Counted from the stretch's first letter, positions 11,641-22,714 are shown. The stretch is DNA of 55,571 bases from Thermoplasmatota archaeon (GCA_029762575.1 JARVGL010000003.1:1-55571), one strand, 5' to 3'. Program-made: numbers and translations. Notes: generated from the sequence alone by a model not told the origin.

Positions 11641-13470
11641 TTATGGATACCCGCCAAGCCGTAGACTTGGGTCTCCAACAAGGATGAACTCTTCCAAGGT
11701 GATACATTCCTTGCCAACAGTATGTATGTATTCAGTTTGGGTCTGGGTCATGAGCTCACCTAAATATTTTCCCGGTGTATACGCCTTGTAGAAATTTGTG
11801 TTCAAGAGCCCTGCACCCCAATGAGCCCCATTTGCATCAACACCAGTGAAAGCGACCCGGGTTGATCCAACTGCTGCGATGCCCCCTCCTACTCTTTTAT
11901 TGAGTATCTCCCAGGTGAAGGTAGGATATAATGAATCCATCTTATATGAGACGCCAGAAGCAAACGAGAACAATTTGACAAGCGGCGTTGGATACCATTC
12001 ATGAAGATCTTCAACAGTGAAATCAAGTCGAGTTGTGGAACAAGCATCAAAGAAGATGACGGGTAGTTTATCATGATTGAAAATACCATAAAGATACGGT
12101 GAGAAATATTCGATTCGTTGTTCAACATTAGGCGGAGAGGTACCAAAACCCTGTTCATATCCATGTCCTGAGTAACTAATGAACCCTGCACCTTTATTGA
12201 TCTCCTTATTGATGTTCAAAGGTCTAAATGTTCCAAGCGAGGTCCAGAGTTTAATTGGTTCAAAGCCATATTGCTGCATATGATCTGCGATAAAACCAGT
12301 GACAACCTCCCCTTCTATCACGCCATGATTCGGGAACGTATCTCCAGCAAGAAGTAGTATCCTTTTATACCAATCACTCCCATATGTTTGTGTCTCATAG
12401 GTGATGATCTTCTCAACCATGAGATCTACTTCCTTTGTCGAATTGCAAGGAAGTCGACCCACGTGAAGATCTGGGTAGAGGTCTACGATATCAATTAATC
12501 CATCCTGCCAGTTATATTCACTGAACTTGTTGTTATTATTAGAATCCCAGCTACTGAAACCTCCATATGCATCATAGATATCTGCATAATAGAGGTCTGT
12601 GAGGATGTCATCATCATGATAGACCCGTATCGCTGCACGTCTCATAGGTGTCTTATCAACGTTTCCGACGAGAAGAACAAACGTGATCTTCGAGTCTTCA
12701 GATGTATCAAAAATAAAATACTTGATCTTTTCCGGCGCATCTCTTCCGCGAGTGTGTGCAAGGATCGATTCCACACTAGCAAATACTGTTCTAACACCAT
12801 ATGACTCCTTATGGGTGATAAGTGGTTGAAGTGCTTGTTCATATTCATCTGGTGCAATGATCAAAAGATCATACGCATCATTTGTTTGAGTCGCCTCAAC
12901 AGTACTCGTATAGAAAAAACGGATGCTTGCCTTGTTTGTGTATCTCATCTTTTGCTCGCTAGGGTAATACTGAAGAGGATACCAACGAATGGTAGCATAC
13001 GTTACCTGTTGGTCATCGTTTATCCCGGTGCCAATGGAAACCTCATATTGCTTTTCAGGAAAGGGTAGCGATCGTGTATAGATTCTTTCATCCATGGTAT
13101 ACTCAAAAGCGTTGATCCCTAACGAAACAGGATTCGGATAAGGAACGGGACGAAGAGGTTTTTGGAGGAAAAGATCCATGGTCAGTATTGGATCGTATTC
13201 AACAGAAGAGATGATCGAACCAAATGGAAGGATATATGTTTGAGAGAGAACAGGTACTTGGGGATACCCTGGCTGAAGGGTCCACGATGCATGTTCACTC
13301 ATTCGTAATATAGTAAATGAGTCCTCCTCTTCAAAACATGGCTCAGAAAAACTCAAGGTTGTTTCAACAAGCAGTGTTCCCTGTTCCTCCTGTATGGAAA
13401 AAACTTGTGGTATTGTGCCGATTGGTATAATCAGTAATGCTATGCATAAGCCGATAGAGATAGATTTCAT
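11641..13470 (-). CDS. C25 (gingipain-family) cysteine peptidase with signal peptide and propeptide
   Basis: PGYPQVP propeptide, LLIIAP, TDLYYAD, LHVGRLP, catalytic His SYSGHG, Cys FDACST, GGGIA, LVGDPSL. Confidence 0.9.
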   Translation of the reverse strand: MKSISIGLCIALLIIPIGTIPQVFSIQEEQGTLLVETTLSFSEPCFEEEDSFTILRMSEHASWTLQPGYPQVPVLSQTYILPFGSIISSVEYDPILTMDLFLQKPLRPVPYPNPVSLGINAFEYTMDERIYTRSLPFPEKQYEVSIGTGINDDQQVTYATIRWYPLQYYPSEQKMRYTNKASIRFFYTSTVEATQTNDAYDLLIIAPDEYEQALQPLITHKESYGVRTVFASVESILAHTRGRDAPEKIKYFIFDTSEDSKITFVLLVGNVDKTPMRRAAIRVYHDDDILTDLYYADIYDAYGGFSSWDSNNNNKFSEYNWQDGLIDIVDLYPDLHVGRLPCNSTKEVDLMVEKIITYETQTYGSDWYKRILLLAGDTFPNHGVIEGEVVTGFIADHMQQYGFEPIKLWTSLGTFRPLNINKEINKGAGFISYSGHGYEQGFGTSPPNVEQRIEYFSPYLYGIFNHDKLPVIFFDACSTTRLDFTVEDLHEWYPTPLVKLFSFASGVSYKMDSLYPTFTWEILNKRVGGGIAAVGSTRVAFTGVDANGAHWGAGLLNTNFYKAYTPGKYLGELMTQTQTEYIHTVGKECITLEEFILVGDPSLRLGGYP

Positions 13471-13678
13471 GGTTTGATCCCCTATATTAAGAAATATGAC
13501 TACTTACATATATAAATTTTGATTTACGATTCTTGTACAATCATACACATGTGAAAAATATGTTTTTGATGAATCTTGTAAGGATTTATAGCTGTTTGGG
13601 TTAGATTTATATGGTTTCTAAAGTTCACCAGTTTAGAGATACGAAAACGTAGTCACTCATCATATGGGGAGACCTTTC

Positions 13679-15556
13679 ATGCAGATCATAGATGAAAAAT
13701 CGAATAAGACGATATTACTTTTAGGAAATGAGGCTATTACAAGGGGCGCTATTGAAGCAGGGGTCGATGTCGCAACGACCTATCCAGGGACACCCTCTTC
13801 TGAGATAGCTGACACATTCTCAGCGATCGCAAGATATCTTAAAAGTCAAAATCAAACACCATCCTTTTACTTTGAATATTCGACCAATGAAAAAGTATCG
13901 CTAGAAGTTGCAGCTGCAGCATCATTCTGTAACCTTAGAAGCCTTACCTGTATGAAACATGTCGGGCTCAATGTAGCTAGCGATGCATTCATGACCTATC
14001 TTTATGTTGGGTGTAAAGGCGGCCATATCATTGTTTCTGCTGATGACCCTGCGTGTCATTCCTCGCAGAACGAACAGGATAACAGATATTTCGCCTTATT
14101 TGGGAGCGCACCGATGCTTGAACCCACTACTCCACAGGAGGCAAAAGAGATGACCCGTCTTGGATTCGATCTCTCAGAACAGTTACGTTTACCTATACTT
14201 CTTCGCACTACAACTCGTCTTAATCATGCACGAGGCCCCGTCAAACTCCTTAAACCAAAGCAATCAAAAGGTAAAGGATTCTTTGAAAAGGACCCAGATC
14301 TAGTGACCGTTCCCTCTGTTGCACGGAAACAACACCCCATCCTTTTAGAGAAAATGGAGAAAGCAGCTGCGCTTTCTGATGTATCCCCATTTAATGAGAT
14401 CATTACTCATGGAAAGAAGAACCGTATGGGTATTGTGACCTCTGGAGTCTCTTTTAACTATGTCACAGAGGCAGTTAAGGATCTAGGTATTGAAGCTTCC
14501 ATTTTAAAATTAGGGATGACCCATCCTTTGCCACCACAGATGTGTAAACGTTTCATTGAGACCTGCGATACTCTTGTTGTAGTAGAGGAGTTGGAACCTT
14601 TCCTTGAAAACCAATTCAAAGCAATGGCCCATGATATGGGCTCATCTGTTAAGATACTAGGGAAATCAACCGGGCATTTCTCACGTTTATCTGAATATAA
14701 TCCTGATATAGTTACAGGGACTTTAGCTAAGATATTTAAAAAGAAGAACCCGTTAGTAGTGCCAGCCGCTACCACAGTAAAACTTCCTCGAAGACCTCCT
14801 GCGCTCTGTCCAGGGTGTCCCCATCGAGCAACCTATTATGCGGCAAAAAGGGTTGCTCCAGAAACAACGGTATATCCTACTGATATCGGTTGTTATACCT
14901 TAGGAAAGGAACCACCGCTTGAAATGGCCGATCTCTTATTATGTATGGGGTCAAATGCAGGGACGGCGTGTGGTCTAGCAGTAGCAACTGATCAAAAGAT
15001 CATCTCCTTTATGGGGGATTCAACCTTTTTTCACTCTGGTATCCCACCAGTAGTCAATGCTGCTCATCATAATCATGATGTCGTCATCACTGTTCTAGAC
15101 AATCGGACAACCGCGATGACGGGTCATCAACCTCATCCTGGAACGGATACAGATGGTATGGGGAACAAAGCAAAAAGGATCCTTGTGGAGGATGTCGTCA
15201 AAGGATGTGGTATTGAACATATCGAAGTGGTCAACCCAAATGTTATTCGAAAGACCTCTGAAGCATTCAAACGAGCTCTTGATTTCAAAGGTCCTTCAGT
15301 AGTTGTCAGTAAAGCACCCTGCATCCTTCTTGAAAACAGGGATAAACGACGTCAGGGAAAAAAGATACATACCTTTATGGTAGATCAAATTAAATGTGAA
15401 GGCTGTGATATCTGTATCAATGAATTTGGCTGCCCTGCGTTCTATCATGATGAGAAAGATTTGGTTCAGATAAATGAGACATTATGTAATGGATGTGGGA
15501 ACTGTGTGCAGGTCTGTCCGGCCCATGCAATCAAAGTTCGAAAGGAGGAGGAATAA
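13679..15556 (+). CDS. iorA: Indolepyruvate:ferredoxin oxidoreductase alpha subunit
   Basis: LLGNEA, YPGTPSSEI, MKHVGLNVA, SSQNEQD, LCPGCPHR, GDSTFFHSG, two C-terminal CxxCxxC clusters; ATG 13679 after GGGGA (alternative 13664). Confidence 0.95.
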   Translation: MQIIDEKSNKTILLLGNEAITRGAIEAGVDVATTYPGTPSSEIADTFSAIARYLKSQNQTPSFYFEYSTNEKVSLEVAAAASFCNLRSLTCMKHVGLNVASDAFMTYLYVGCKGGHIIVSADDPACHSSQNEQDNRYFALFGSAPMLEPTTPQEAKEMTRLGFDLSEQLRLPILLRTTTRLNHARGPVKLLKPKQSKGKGFFEKDPDLVTVPSVARKQHPILLEKMEKAAALSDVSPFNEIITHGKKNRMGIVTSGVSFNYVTEAVKDLGIEASILKLGMTHPLPPQMCKRFIETCDTLVVVEELEPFLENQFKAMAHDMGSSVKILGKSTGHFSRLSEYNPDIVTGTLAKIFKKKNPLVVPAATTVKLPRRPPALCPGCPHRATYYAAKRVAPETTVYPTDIGCYTLGKEPPLEMADLLLCMGSNAGTACGLAVATDQKIISFMGDSTFFHSGIPPVVNAAHHNHDVVITVLDNRTTAMTGHQPHPGTDTDGMGNKAKRILVEDVVKGCGIEHIEVVNPNVIRKTSEAFKRALDFKGPSVVVSKAPCILLENRDKRRQGKKIHTFMVDQIKCEGCDICINEFGCPAFYHDEKDLVQINETLCNGCGNCVQVCPAHAIKVRKEEE

Positions 15557-16144
15557 ATGAAAACAAGTATTGTACTCTCAGGCGTTGGTGGACAAGGAGT
15601 TATCACTGCAGCTAACATCCTAGGTAAAGCAGCGGTGAATGGAAAGGTCAACGTACATACCTCTGAGGTCCATGGGATGGCACAACGAGGTGGTTCAGTA
15701 TATTGTACGGTGCGAATGGGTGACGTCTCCGGCCCCCTTGTTGCGAGTGGAACTGCCGATGCTCTTATCAGTACAGAGCCTGTCGAGGCACTTCGATATA
15801 TCCAGTTTGTCAATAAAAAAACAAAGGTAGTCACCGATATCAATCCCGTGGTCCCTTTCACGGTTGCAGTGGGTGGTGAGGCCTATCCATCCTTAGATGA
15901 GGTATTTAAAGAGATAGGATCACGCGCGATATTGTATACGGTCGATGCGTTAGGGATTGCAAAAAAAGCTGGCGGGTCCATTACAAGAAACATCGTCATG
16001 CTTGGTGCACTAGCTGCAACAGACGTTCTCCCTTTTGATGCTGATATCCTACTTGAGACGATACTTGAAAACGTCCCTGAGAAATTCAAGGCCGTGAACA
16101 AGAATGCATTCAATGGGGGTATGCAGGCACTTACTAGACGTTAA
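15557..16144 (+). CDS. iorB: Indolepyruvate:ferredoxin oxidoreductase beta subunit
   Basis: GVGGQG, SEVHGMAQRGGSV, NIVMLGA; abuts iorA; GGAGGAGG RBS. Confidence 0.95.
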   Translation: MKTSIVLSGVGGQGVITAANILGKAAVNGKVNVHTSEVHGMAQRGGSVYCTVRMGDVSGPLVASGTADALISTEPVEALRYIQFVNKKTKVVTDINPVVPFTVAVGGEAYPSLDEVFKEIGSRAILYTVDALGIAKKAGGSITRNIVMLGALAATDVLPFDADILLETILENVPEKFKAVNKNAFNGGMQALTRR

Positions 16145-16165
16145 ACGTGTCTGTTATTTTTTCAC

Positions 16166-17071
16166 ATGCGGACACAACAGATGTTCATCATCCTCCTGCT
16201 TATCTTTTCAAGTCTCACATGGGCAGGTAGTTTTGTCGCTGTGAGACTGGTTTATACTGATCTTTCACCGCTCTATCTTGGATTCCTTCGATTCGTCGTT
16301 GCAGCACCTCTTATGGTCCTTGCAACAGCCCTTCTTAAAAAACCATTATTTTTACCAAAAAAAGAGTTACCTTCTCTCTTTGTATTGTCTTTAACAGGGG
16401 TGACATTATTATATATCTTTCAATTCTTTGGAGTTGCATATACCACCGCAGCGACCGCATCTGTATTGATAAACACAAACGTCCTCTTCATCAGTTTCTT
16501 CTCCCTTTTATTCTTAAAGGAGCAGTTCACCAAGAAAAAGACTGCAGGTATCCTGTTATCCTTTGCAGGGGTCATCCTTGTTGTCTATGCACAGATGACT
16601 AATGATACTATTCTTGTGGATTCGATGTTTCTCTTTGGTTGTCTTTTGGTACTTCTTTCTGCAATATGCTGGGCCGTCTATTCGATTGTTGGGAAACGCT
16701 TACTCGCGCGTTATGACCCTTTTACAGTTACCACCAATGTCTTTATCGTAGGTGTTCTCTTGTATGTACCTCTCGTGATGCCAGGTGTTTTCTCAGCGGT
16801 TATAAGAATCACGATACCAAGTCTGATTGCAATACTCTATCTAGGGCTTTTTTGTTCTGTATTTGCCTATGCTGCATGGTATTATGCTTTGAAACACCAA
16901 CAGGCCGCGGAATCCGCGGTGTTTCTCACGTTGATCCCTCTCTTCACCATGATACTCTCTTTTTTTATCATTGGAGAACGACCTACACTTCTTTTTTTCC
17001 TAGGAGCAGCCTTTATAATGTATGGTGTATATCTCACACAGAAGAAGAACAAGTTTGTACAAAAGGTCTGA
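16166..17071 (+). CDS. DMT/EamA family transporter
   Basis: About 10 TM helices in two repeats; WAGSF, LRF, FLKE, IIGE. Confidence 0.9.
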   Translation: MRTQQMFIILLLIFSSLTWAGSFVAVRLVYTDLSPLYLGFLRFVVAAPLMVLATALLKKPLFLPKKELPSLFVLSLTGVTLLYIFQFFGVAYTTAATASVLINTNVLFISFFSLLFLKEQFTKKKTAGILLSFAGVILVVYAQMTNDTILVDSMFLFGCLLVLLSAICWAVYSIVGKRLLARYDPFTVTTNVFIVGVLLYVPLVMPGVFSAVIRITIPSLIAILYLGLFCSVFAYAAWYYALKHQQAAESAVFLTLIPLFTMILSFFIIGERPTLLFFLGAAFIMYGVYLTQKKNKFVQKV

Positions 17072-17074
17072 TAT

Positions 17075-18118
17075 ATGTTCTGTGTTGACTGCGGTGAAGA
17101 GAAACCAATATTTCGTGAAGGATCCTGTGTGGAATGTTACCTTAAAAGACATCAGTTCACCACAGGTCCTCCATTCATTGATATCCCCGCATGCGCCCAT
17201 TGTGGTTCACTTAAATATAAAAGCCTTTGGACCACTGATACCTTAGAGACCATTGTTAAAAGAAATGTCAAGCAGTTGTTCTCAATAAGTAATGAACTTG
17301 AAAACATTACAATCGAAGTGGTTTGTACTGAGGAACAAGAACGTTTTTCCTGCAACATCACCATCTCTGGAAATGTTGAAGGTATCCCTATCTCTGAAAG
17401 TAATCATGTATTTGTTCGTTTGAAACCACATTCCTGTGATATGTGTTCAAAGCAGTTCGGTGGATATCATGAGGCAATCCTACAGATACGGCCACATGAA
17501 AAGAAGATTCCTAAAGATGAACTTTTTAAGATTAGACAGTTCGTTGAAGCCCTTATCGTTTCAATGAAACAGCAAGGACATCGAAACCTATTCATTGCGG
17601 ATGTGGGAGACGAACATGGAGGTATCGATTTCTATCTTAGTGACAAACAAGCAAGTGCCACCATCATACGAAAGGTCCAGGAACGCTTTGGAGGTGTACT
17701 TACCACCTCATCAAAGAACATTGGGATGAAGGATGGCATTCAGTTGTACCGGGTCACCTATCTTCTCCGTCTTTTTCCATACCGTCAGGGCGATTTACTT
17801 GAAATCAATAAACACTATTACTATATTCTCTCACTCTCACATCACTCTATTCATCTTTTCAATCTAACAACAGGGGAAAAACGAAGTATTCCTCCTAAAG
17901 AACTTGAATTGGCTAAGATAATTGAAGGTAAGGATCAGATACGAGATATGATTTTTATTAGTCAAACCGAGAAGGATATACAAGTGATGGATCCTAAGTC
18001 CTATAGGGTTTTTATGGTAAAGAAATTGTTCCCTTTCACCTATGAAACGGAGAACATACGTGTTGTATATATTGATGAAAACGCTGTATTTCTTTTTCCT
18101 TGTGAAAAACAAAAATGA
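17075..18118 (+). CDS. nmd3: Archaeal Nmd3 family protein
   Basis: Four CxxC pairs (FCVDCG, CVEC, CAHCG, CDMCS), GYHEAILQIR, GIDFYL, YRVTYLLR. Confidence 0.9.
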   Translation: MFCVDCGEEKPIFREGSCVECYLKRHQFTTGPPFIDIPACAHCGSLKYKSLWTTDTLETIVKRNVKQLFSISNELENITIEVVCTEEQERFSCNITISGNVEGIPISESNHVFVRLKPHSCDMCSKQFGGYHEAILQIRPHEKKIPKDELFKIRQFVEALIVSMKQQGHRNLFIADVGDEHGGIDFYLSDKQASATIIRKVQERFGGVLTTSSKNIGMKDGIQLYRVTYLLRLFPYRQGDLLEINKHYYYILSLSHHSIHLFNLTTGEKRSIPPKELELAKIIEGKDQIRDMIFISQTEKDIQVMDPKSYRVFMVKKLFPFTYETENIRVVYIDENAVFLFPCEKQK

Positions 18119-18191
18119 TAAATAGTGTTTATGGTATCTGCGAATCAAAATTACACAAAAATTCAAATGTAATGTTGAAAGGAGAATTATT

Positions 18192-18581
18192 ATGGCAGAA
18201 AAGAACACGTCTATGAATATGGAAGAAAATGTTGCAAGCGCGTTATGCTATGTGTTGGTTTGGGTGACGGGGATTATCTTCTTTTTCTTGGAAAAGAAAA
18301 GCAAAACAGTGAAATTCCATGCGATGCAATCGATATTGACCTTTTTACCACTTTCAATACTTGGTTGGCTGTTTGGTTGGCTCGGTGCACCAAGTGTTAA
18401 CTGGAGCGGTGGTTGGGCTTATTCCTATAATCCTGGGATACCAGCACTTCTTTATCTCTCATGGATCATCTGGGTTTTAACAGTTATTCTCTGGATCCTG
18501 CTGATATTCAAAGCTTATTCTGGAGAGATGTTTAAACTTCCTGTTATTGGCGACATCGCAGAGAAACAGGCAAATAAATAA
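18192..18581 (+). CDS. DUF4870/Tic20-like membrane protein
   Basis: EENVASALCY, VKFHAMQS, KAYSGEMFKLPVIG; AAGGAG RBS. Confidence 0.85.
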   Translation: MAEKNTSMNMEENVASALCYVLVWVTGIIFFFLEKKSKTVKFHAMQSILTFLPLSILGWLFGWLGAPSVNWSGGWAYSYNPGIPALLYLSWIIWVLTVILWILLIFKAYSGEMFKLPVIGDIAEKQANK

Positions 18582-18599
18582 TCTCTTTTTCCTTTTTTT

Positions 18600-19892
18600 T
18601 TATCTTTTTTTCTCGTTAAAATAAGTTTTTTCTGGTGTTTCAAAAGAGATATCTGTCTTCATCAATATTTTGATCTGTTCTTTAGTATCTCCATGTGTAA
18701 GAGCCCACATAAGCTTCACATATGCAGTCTCTGCAAGCATCGTCTCAAGAGGGATCACTCCTGCTTTAATAAGATCTCTACCTGTTGAATACACATTCAT
18801 GTTGACCCGTCCATGGATACATTGTGAGGCCATGATGATTGTGGCTCCCTTTTCGATGAGTTCCTTTATCCTTGGAACAAGACTTGTTGAAATATGGCCT
18901 AGGCCGGTTCCCATGATAACAAGACCCTTTTTTTCCGGGATATCTTCTGGTTTCATCCCGGGATATGCATAGATGATAGCGACATCTTTTTCAAGAGCGG
19001 TGTCGGTCGTTACTGGTCCATTTCCTGGTTTCCTATATGCTTGTTTAAGTGTTATTTCCCCATTGTCAACATATCCAAGGATCGGAGTATTAACCGAAAC
19101 AAACGCATCTCTTCGAGAGGTATGGCATTTCCGTACGCATGTTCCACGATGTATCGCGGTCTTTGCATCAGAACTATCTAAATGCATCATAACAACTACC
19201 TCTCCAATTGATCCAGCTGCAGCTACACGTACTGCATCTAGGAGGTTTTGCGCTGCATCTGATGATGGCCGATCACTAGATCGTTGCGCTCCTACAAGGA
19301 CCACTGGACCTGTTAGATCTTGGAGCATGAATGAAAGCGCTGCAGCAGTATACCCCATGGTATCGGTCCCATGTGGTATAACGACCCCTGTTGCTCCATT
19401 GTTTAATGCACTAGCTATCTTTTCTGCAAGGATCTGCCAATGGTCTGGTTCAATATTCTCACTGAGAAGTTGATAGGCTACCTCTGTTTTCACATTGCAG
19501 ATATCAAATATCTCAGGAACAGAGAATGCAAGATCCTCTGAAGATGTCGCAGGATGCACCGCGCCTGTCCTATAATCAACATAACAGGCAATGGTTCCAC
19601 CTGTACCAATGATATGTATCGTTGGTTTTGTCTTGTCAACTGGTATCGCTCTCTGTTTTTTCTCTTGTGCTACCAGTTTCTTAACAAGATTTATCTCTGT
19701 CTCCTTGTTGATATGAAGACCAATGTTGTATCCATTGTCAAGTTTGATGATGAGGATGTCAGGGTCACTAAATTGATGATGCGGCATCAGCACACCAATA
19801 AAATTATCCTCTGGAAGATTAACCGCGATAATGTCACCGGGTTTAGCATTGAGTGCTGAGAGCTTTTCCATTATAAATCCTGCATGTGTCAT
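18600..19892 (-). CDS. gatD: Glu-tRNA(Gln) amidotransferase subunit D
   Basis: IKLDNGYNIG, TGGTIA, VDYRTGAV, HGTDT, GAQRSSDRPSSD, HTSRRDAF. Confidence 0.95.
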   Translation of the reverse strand: MTHAGFIMEKLSALNAKPGDIIAVNLPEDNFIGVLMPHHQFSDPDILIIKLDNGYNIGLHINKETEINLVKKLVAQEKKQRAIPVDKTKPTIHIIGTGGTIACYVDYRTGAVHPATSSEDLAFSVPEIFDICNVKTEVAYQLLSENIEPDHWQILAEKIASALNNGATGVVIPHGTDTMGYTAAALSFMLQDLTGPVVLVGAQRSSDRPSSDAAQNLLDAVRVAAAGSIGEVVVMMHLDSSDAKTAIHRGTCVRKCHTSRRDAFVSVNTPILGYVDNGEITLKQAYRKPGNGPVTTDTALEKDVAIIYAYPGMKPEDIPEKKGLVIMGTGLGHISTSLVPRIKELIEKGATIIMASQCIHGRVNMNVYSTGRDLIKAGVIPLETMLAETAYVKLMWALTHGDTKEQIKILMKTDISFETPEKTYFNEKKR

Positions 19893-19980
19893 GAGGCTTC
19901 AACAGTTGAATAGATAAGGATTTATAAATCATTACCTAGAATTTATAATGATACATTTGTTTCTTCTTTCTTGATTCTTG

Positions 19981-20754
19981 ATGAGAGTTGCAATACAATT
20001 CGCTTATAATGGAGATGGTTTTCACGGCTATGCTAGACAACCTGGTTTAAAGACCGTTGAAGGAACCCTTCTTTCCTCTCTCATCTCTGAAGGATTCATT
20101 GAGGATGTCTCCATTGCACGGTTTCGCTCCTCTAGTAGAACGGATAAAGGGGTATCTGCTCTTTGTAACGTAGTTGCTTTTGATACCAACATCAAAAAGG
20201 AAGACCTTACTTCAATATATCACTGTTCAACAGATGAAATCATCATCTATGGCGTTGGATTAGTAAAAGACTCATTCTATCCTCGATATGCATCTCTGCG
20301 AATCTATCGATATTATCTTCCAAAGTACGTCATCGGTCTTGAGGCATTGCTTTCAATGCTTTCTCTTTTCACTGGAGAACATGATTTCTCTAATTTCGCT
20401 CGAGTTGAACAAGGGAAAAACCCTGTCCGTATCATTGAAAACATCATTGTGGGATATGATGATGAATTTCTTTGGGTTGATTTTTATGCACAAACATTTC
20501 TCTGGCATCAGATACGACGTATCATTTCATCAATACTACACCATGGACGAGGTAAGATAACAAAGAACGATATCATACAAGCGTTGGAACAACCTACTGT
20601 TCAGGTAGATTTCGGGTTGGCACCCTCAGAACCACTTATCCTTAAAGATATCAGGTTCAAGGATATCATCTTTTTTTTTCTCCCAGACCAAAAAAGAAAG
20701 ATCTCTTGTATAGAGACCACAGTAAAAGACCGATCTAAATATCTCTTTTCTTAA
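19981..20754 (+). CDS. truA: tRNA pseudouridine(38-40) synthase
   Basis: AYNGDGFHG, RQP, SRTDKGVSA catalytic Asp, GEHDFSNF, FLWHQIRRI. Confidence 0.93.
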   Translation: MRVAIQFAYNGDGFHGYARQPGLKTVEGTLLSSLISEGFIEDVSIARFRSSSRTDKGVSALCNVVAFDTNIKKEDLTSIYHCSTDEIIIYGVGLVKDSFYPRYASLRIYRYYLPKYVIGLEALLSMLSLFTGEHDFSNFARVEQGKNPVRIIENIIVGYDDEFLWVDFYAQTFLWHQIRRIISSILHHGRGKITKNDIIQALEQPTVQVDFGLAPSEPLILKDIRFKDIIFFFLPDQKRKISCIETTVKDRSKYLFS

Positions 20755-21580
20755 AGAATATATAAGCGATGATGAGGGAGATAGCTATCCAAAGGAAAAG
20801 GATTGTTGCCATAAGCTCTGATGAATAAAATGCTGGGTTAGAAAATGCCTGTTCGGTAAACGATGAAGATACAGGGCCAACGTTCAATGAAACAAGTGTA
20901 CCATATGCTGAGATTGGATTGATGATGTTTATTGCGTAATACCAATCAGGGAAACCCGAGGTAAATGCGGTTTCAACGTCCATAGAGAGCATCGCGACCC
21001 CTAGCATAATGATGCCCCATATCATGGTGAAGAAGAACCAGAGGAAGATGGCTAGTCCCATTGCTGTAGAGCGGTTATGAAAGAACGATGATGCTAAAAG
21101 GGAAAGAGCCACAAATACAAGTCCAAGAAGCACTGACGCTAGCAAGAATATGAGATATTGACCGATATCGACCTCAGAGACATTAGCGCTAATGACGATT
21201 CCCGCGATACCGAAACCAACAAGAAGTGAGAAAGAGAGGACGCCACCAAGACCAAGGAATTTACCGATCAGAACCTCTATTCTCTTCAATGGAAATGAGA
21301 GAAGTGCGCTCATCGACCCTCGTTCTATCTCTCCAACAATAGCAGCATATCCAAGCATCAAACCAATAATTGGTATGAGATATTGTACTAGGGCCATCAT
21401 ACCAGCAATGGTCAATCCAAGATCCTGCCACCCTTGACCTAACGATCCAAAGTAGGATATAAGTAACGTAAGAGCTGCAAAAATACCCGTCATAAGAAGG
21501 ATCCATTTGTTTCGAATATTATCCATTATCTCTTTTTTTGCGATGAGAACGATTGGATGATGTAAGAAGGATATATTCAT
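20735..21580 (-). CDS. ABC-2 type (NosY-like) permease
   Basis: IAKKE, GEIERGS, EVLIGKFLG, FKKRDI; six TM helices; follows ABC ATPase. Confidence 0.9.
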   Translation of the reverse strand: MNISFLHHPIVLIAKKEIMDNIRNKWILLMTGIFAALTLLISYFGSLGQGWQDLGLTIAGMMALVQYLIPIIGLMLGYAAIVGEIERGSMSALLSFPLKRIEVLIGKFLGLGGVLSFSLLVGFGIAGIVISANVSEVDIGQYLIFLLASVLLGLVFVALSLLASSFFHNRSTAMGLAIFLWFFFTMIWGIIMLGVAMLSMDVETAFTSGFPDWYYAINIINPISAYGTLVSLNVGPVSSSFTEQAFSNPAFYSSELMATILFLWIAISLIIAYIFFKKRDI

Positions 21581-21582
21581 GT

Positions 21583-22644
21583 TTAGTCCTCCGTGAATCT
21601 CATAAAAACATCCTCAAGGGACGGCTCACGTATCTGAAGGTTCATGATGTTGCCACCAGCTTTCACGACAGAGAGGATGACATTTGCTTTTGCAGATGCA
21701 AGACAGTTCACCTCAAGTAGCGTTCCTGTTGTTTCGACATGATCAACGTCTTTGAGCTTTTCAACTGCTTTTAAGATCTTCTCTGTCATTTTTTCTAAGA
21801 GTATGACGATTTTTGGTCGAAGATGCAACCGTGTTCCTAGATTATCGATCCTATCAACAGCAACGATCTTTCCTTTATTGATGATACAGACACGATCACA
21901 CATCTCCTGGATCTCTCCAAGTATATGGGAGGAGACGAGGACTGTTGCACCTCGTTGTTGCATATGTTTGATTTTCTCTCTCATAAACACAACACCCCGA
22001 GGATCCAGTCCACTTGATGGTTCATCAAGGATAAGGATCGATGGATCGCCCATGACCGCTCGAGCCATCCCAAGGCGTTGCAACATTCCTTTTGAGAACG
22101 CACCAACCTTTTTATCCACTGCATCAGCTAGACCAAATTCATTTAAAAGTGGTTGACAACATTGTTTAGAGACCTGTTTTATCTCAGCATAGAACATAAG
22201 ATTCTGTAACGCTGTTAGATTATCATAGAATGCAACCTTCTCTGGAAGATAACCTATCTGGGATTTCGCTTTTTTCTCATCGGTAAAAATGTTGGTACCG
22301 TTGATACGGATCTCTCCCTTATCTGGATAAAGTAAACCAAGGATTGCTTTGATGGTCGTTGTTTTCCCAGCACCATTAGGGCCAAGGAAACCAAAGATCT
22401 CTCCTTTCTTTATATGAAACGTTGCAGAATCAACAGCAGATACGGATTCAAAGGTCTTTGTTAACTCCACGACAGAGATAGCAGAAGAGGTATCATCAGA
22501 CGGGTGTAACGAAGGATCTTTAGGAAATTGAAAAGCACCGACATTGTTACAGGAGGGGCATGTGATCTTAACCGTCTGACCTGGTTCACCGTTCACGGTC
22601 TGAACAAAATCGCAAGAGGGGCATCTTATCTTTTTTTCAAGCAT
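21583..22644 (-). CDS. ABC transporter ATPase with N-terminal zinc ribbon
   Basis: CPSC-x17-CPSC, Walker A GPNGAGKTT, signature FSKGM, Walker B LILDEP, SSH. Confidence 0.93.
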   Translation of the reverse strand: MLEKKIRCPSCDFVQTVNGEPGQTVKITCPSCNNVGAFQFPKDPSLHPSDDTSSAISVVELTKTFESVSAVDSATFHIKKGEIFGFLGPNGAGKTTTIKAILGLLYPDKGEIRINGTNIFTDEKKAKSQIGYLPEKVAFYDNLTALQNLMFYAEIKQVSKQCCQPLLNEFGLADAVDKKVGAFSKGMLQRLGMARAVMGDPSILILDEPSSGLDPRGVVFMREKIKHMQQRGATVLVSSHILGEIQEMCDRVCIINKGKIVAVDRIDNLGTRLHLRPKIVILLEKMTEKILKAVEKLKDVDHVETTGTLLEVNCLASAKANVILSVVKAGGNIMNLQIREPSLEDVFMRFTED

Positions 22645-22714
22645 ATCTCTTCAGTACTCCTTAGAGGATTCCATGGAAAGTTACCTTTTTGGTCCATTTA
22701 AATGTTTAGGATGG

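Noticed and set aside
11562-11717. N-terminal extension of the 223-aa ORF
   Set aside because: Overlaps the C25 gene end and runs through the palindrome/promoter; GTG 11561 has an RBS-like sequence
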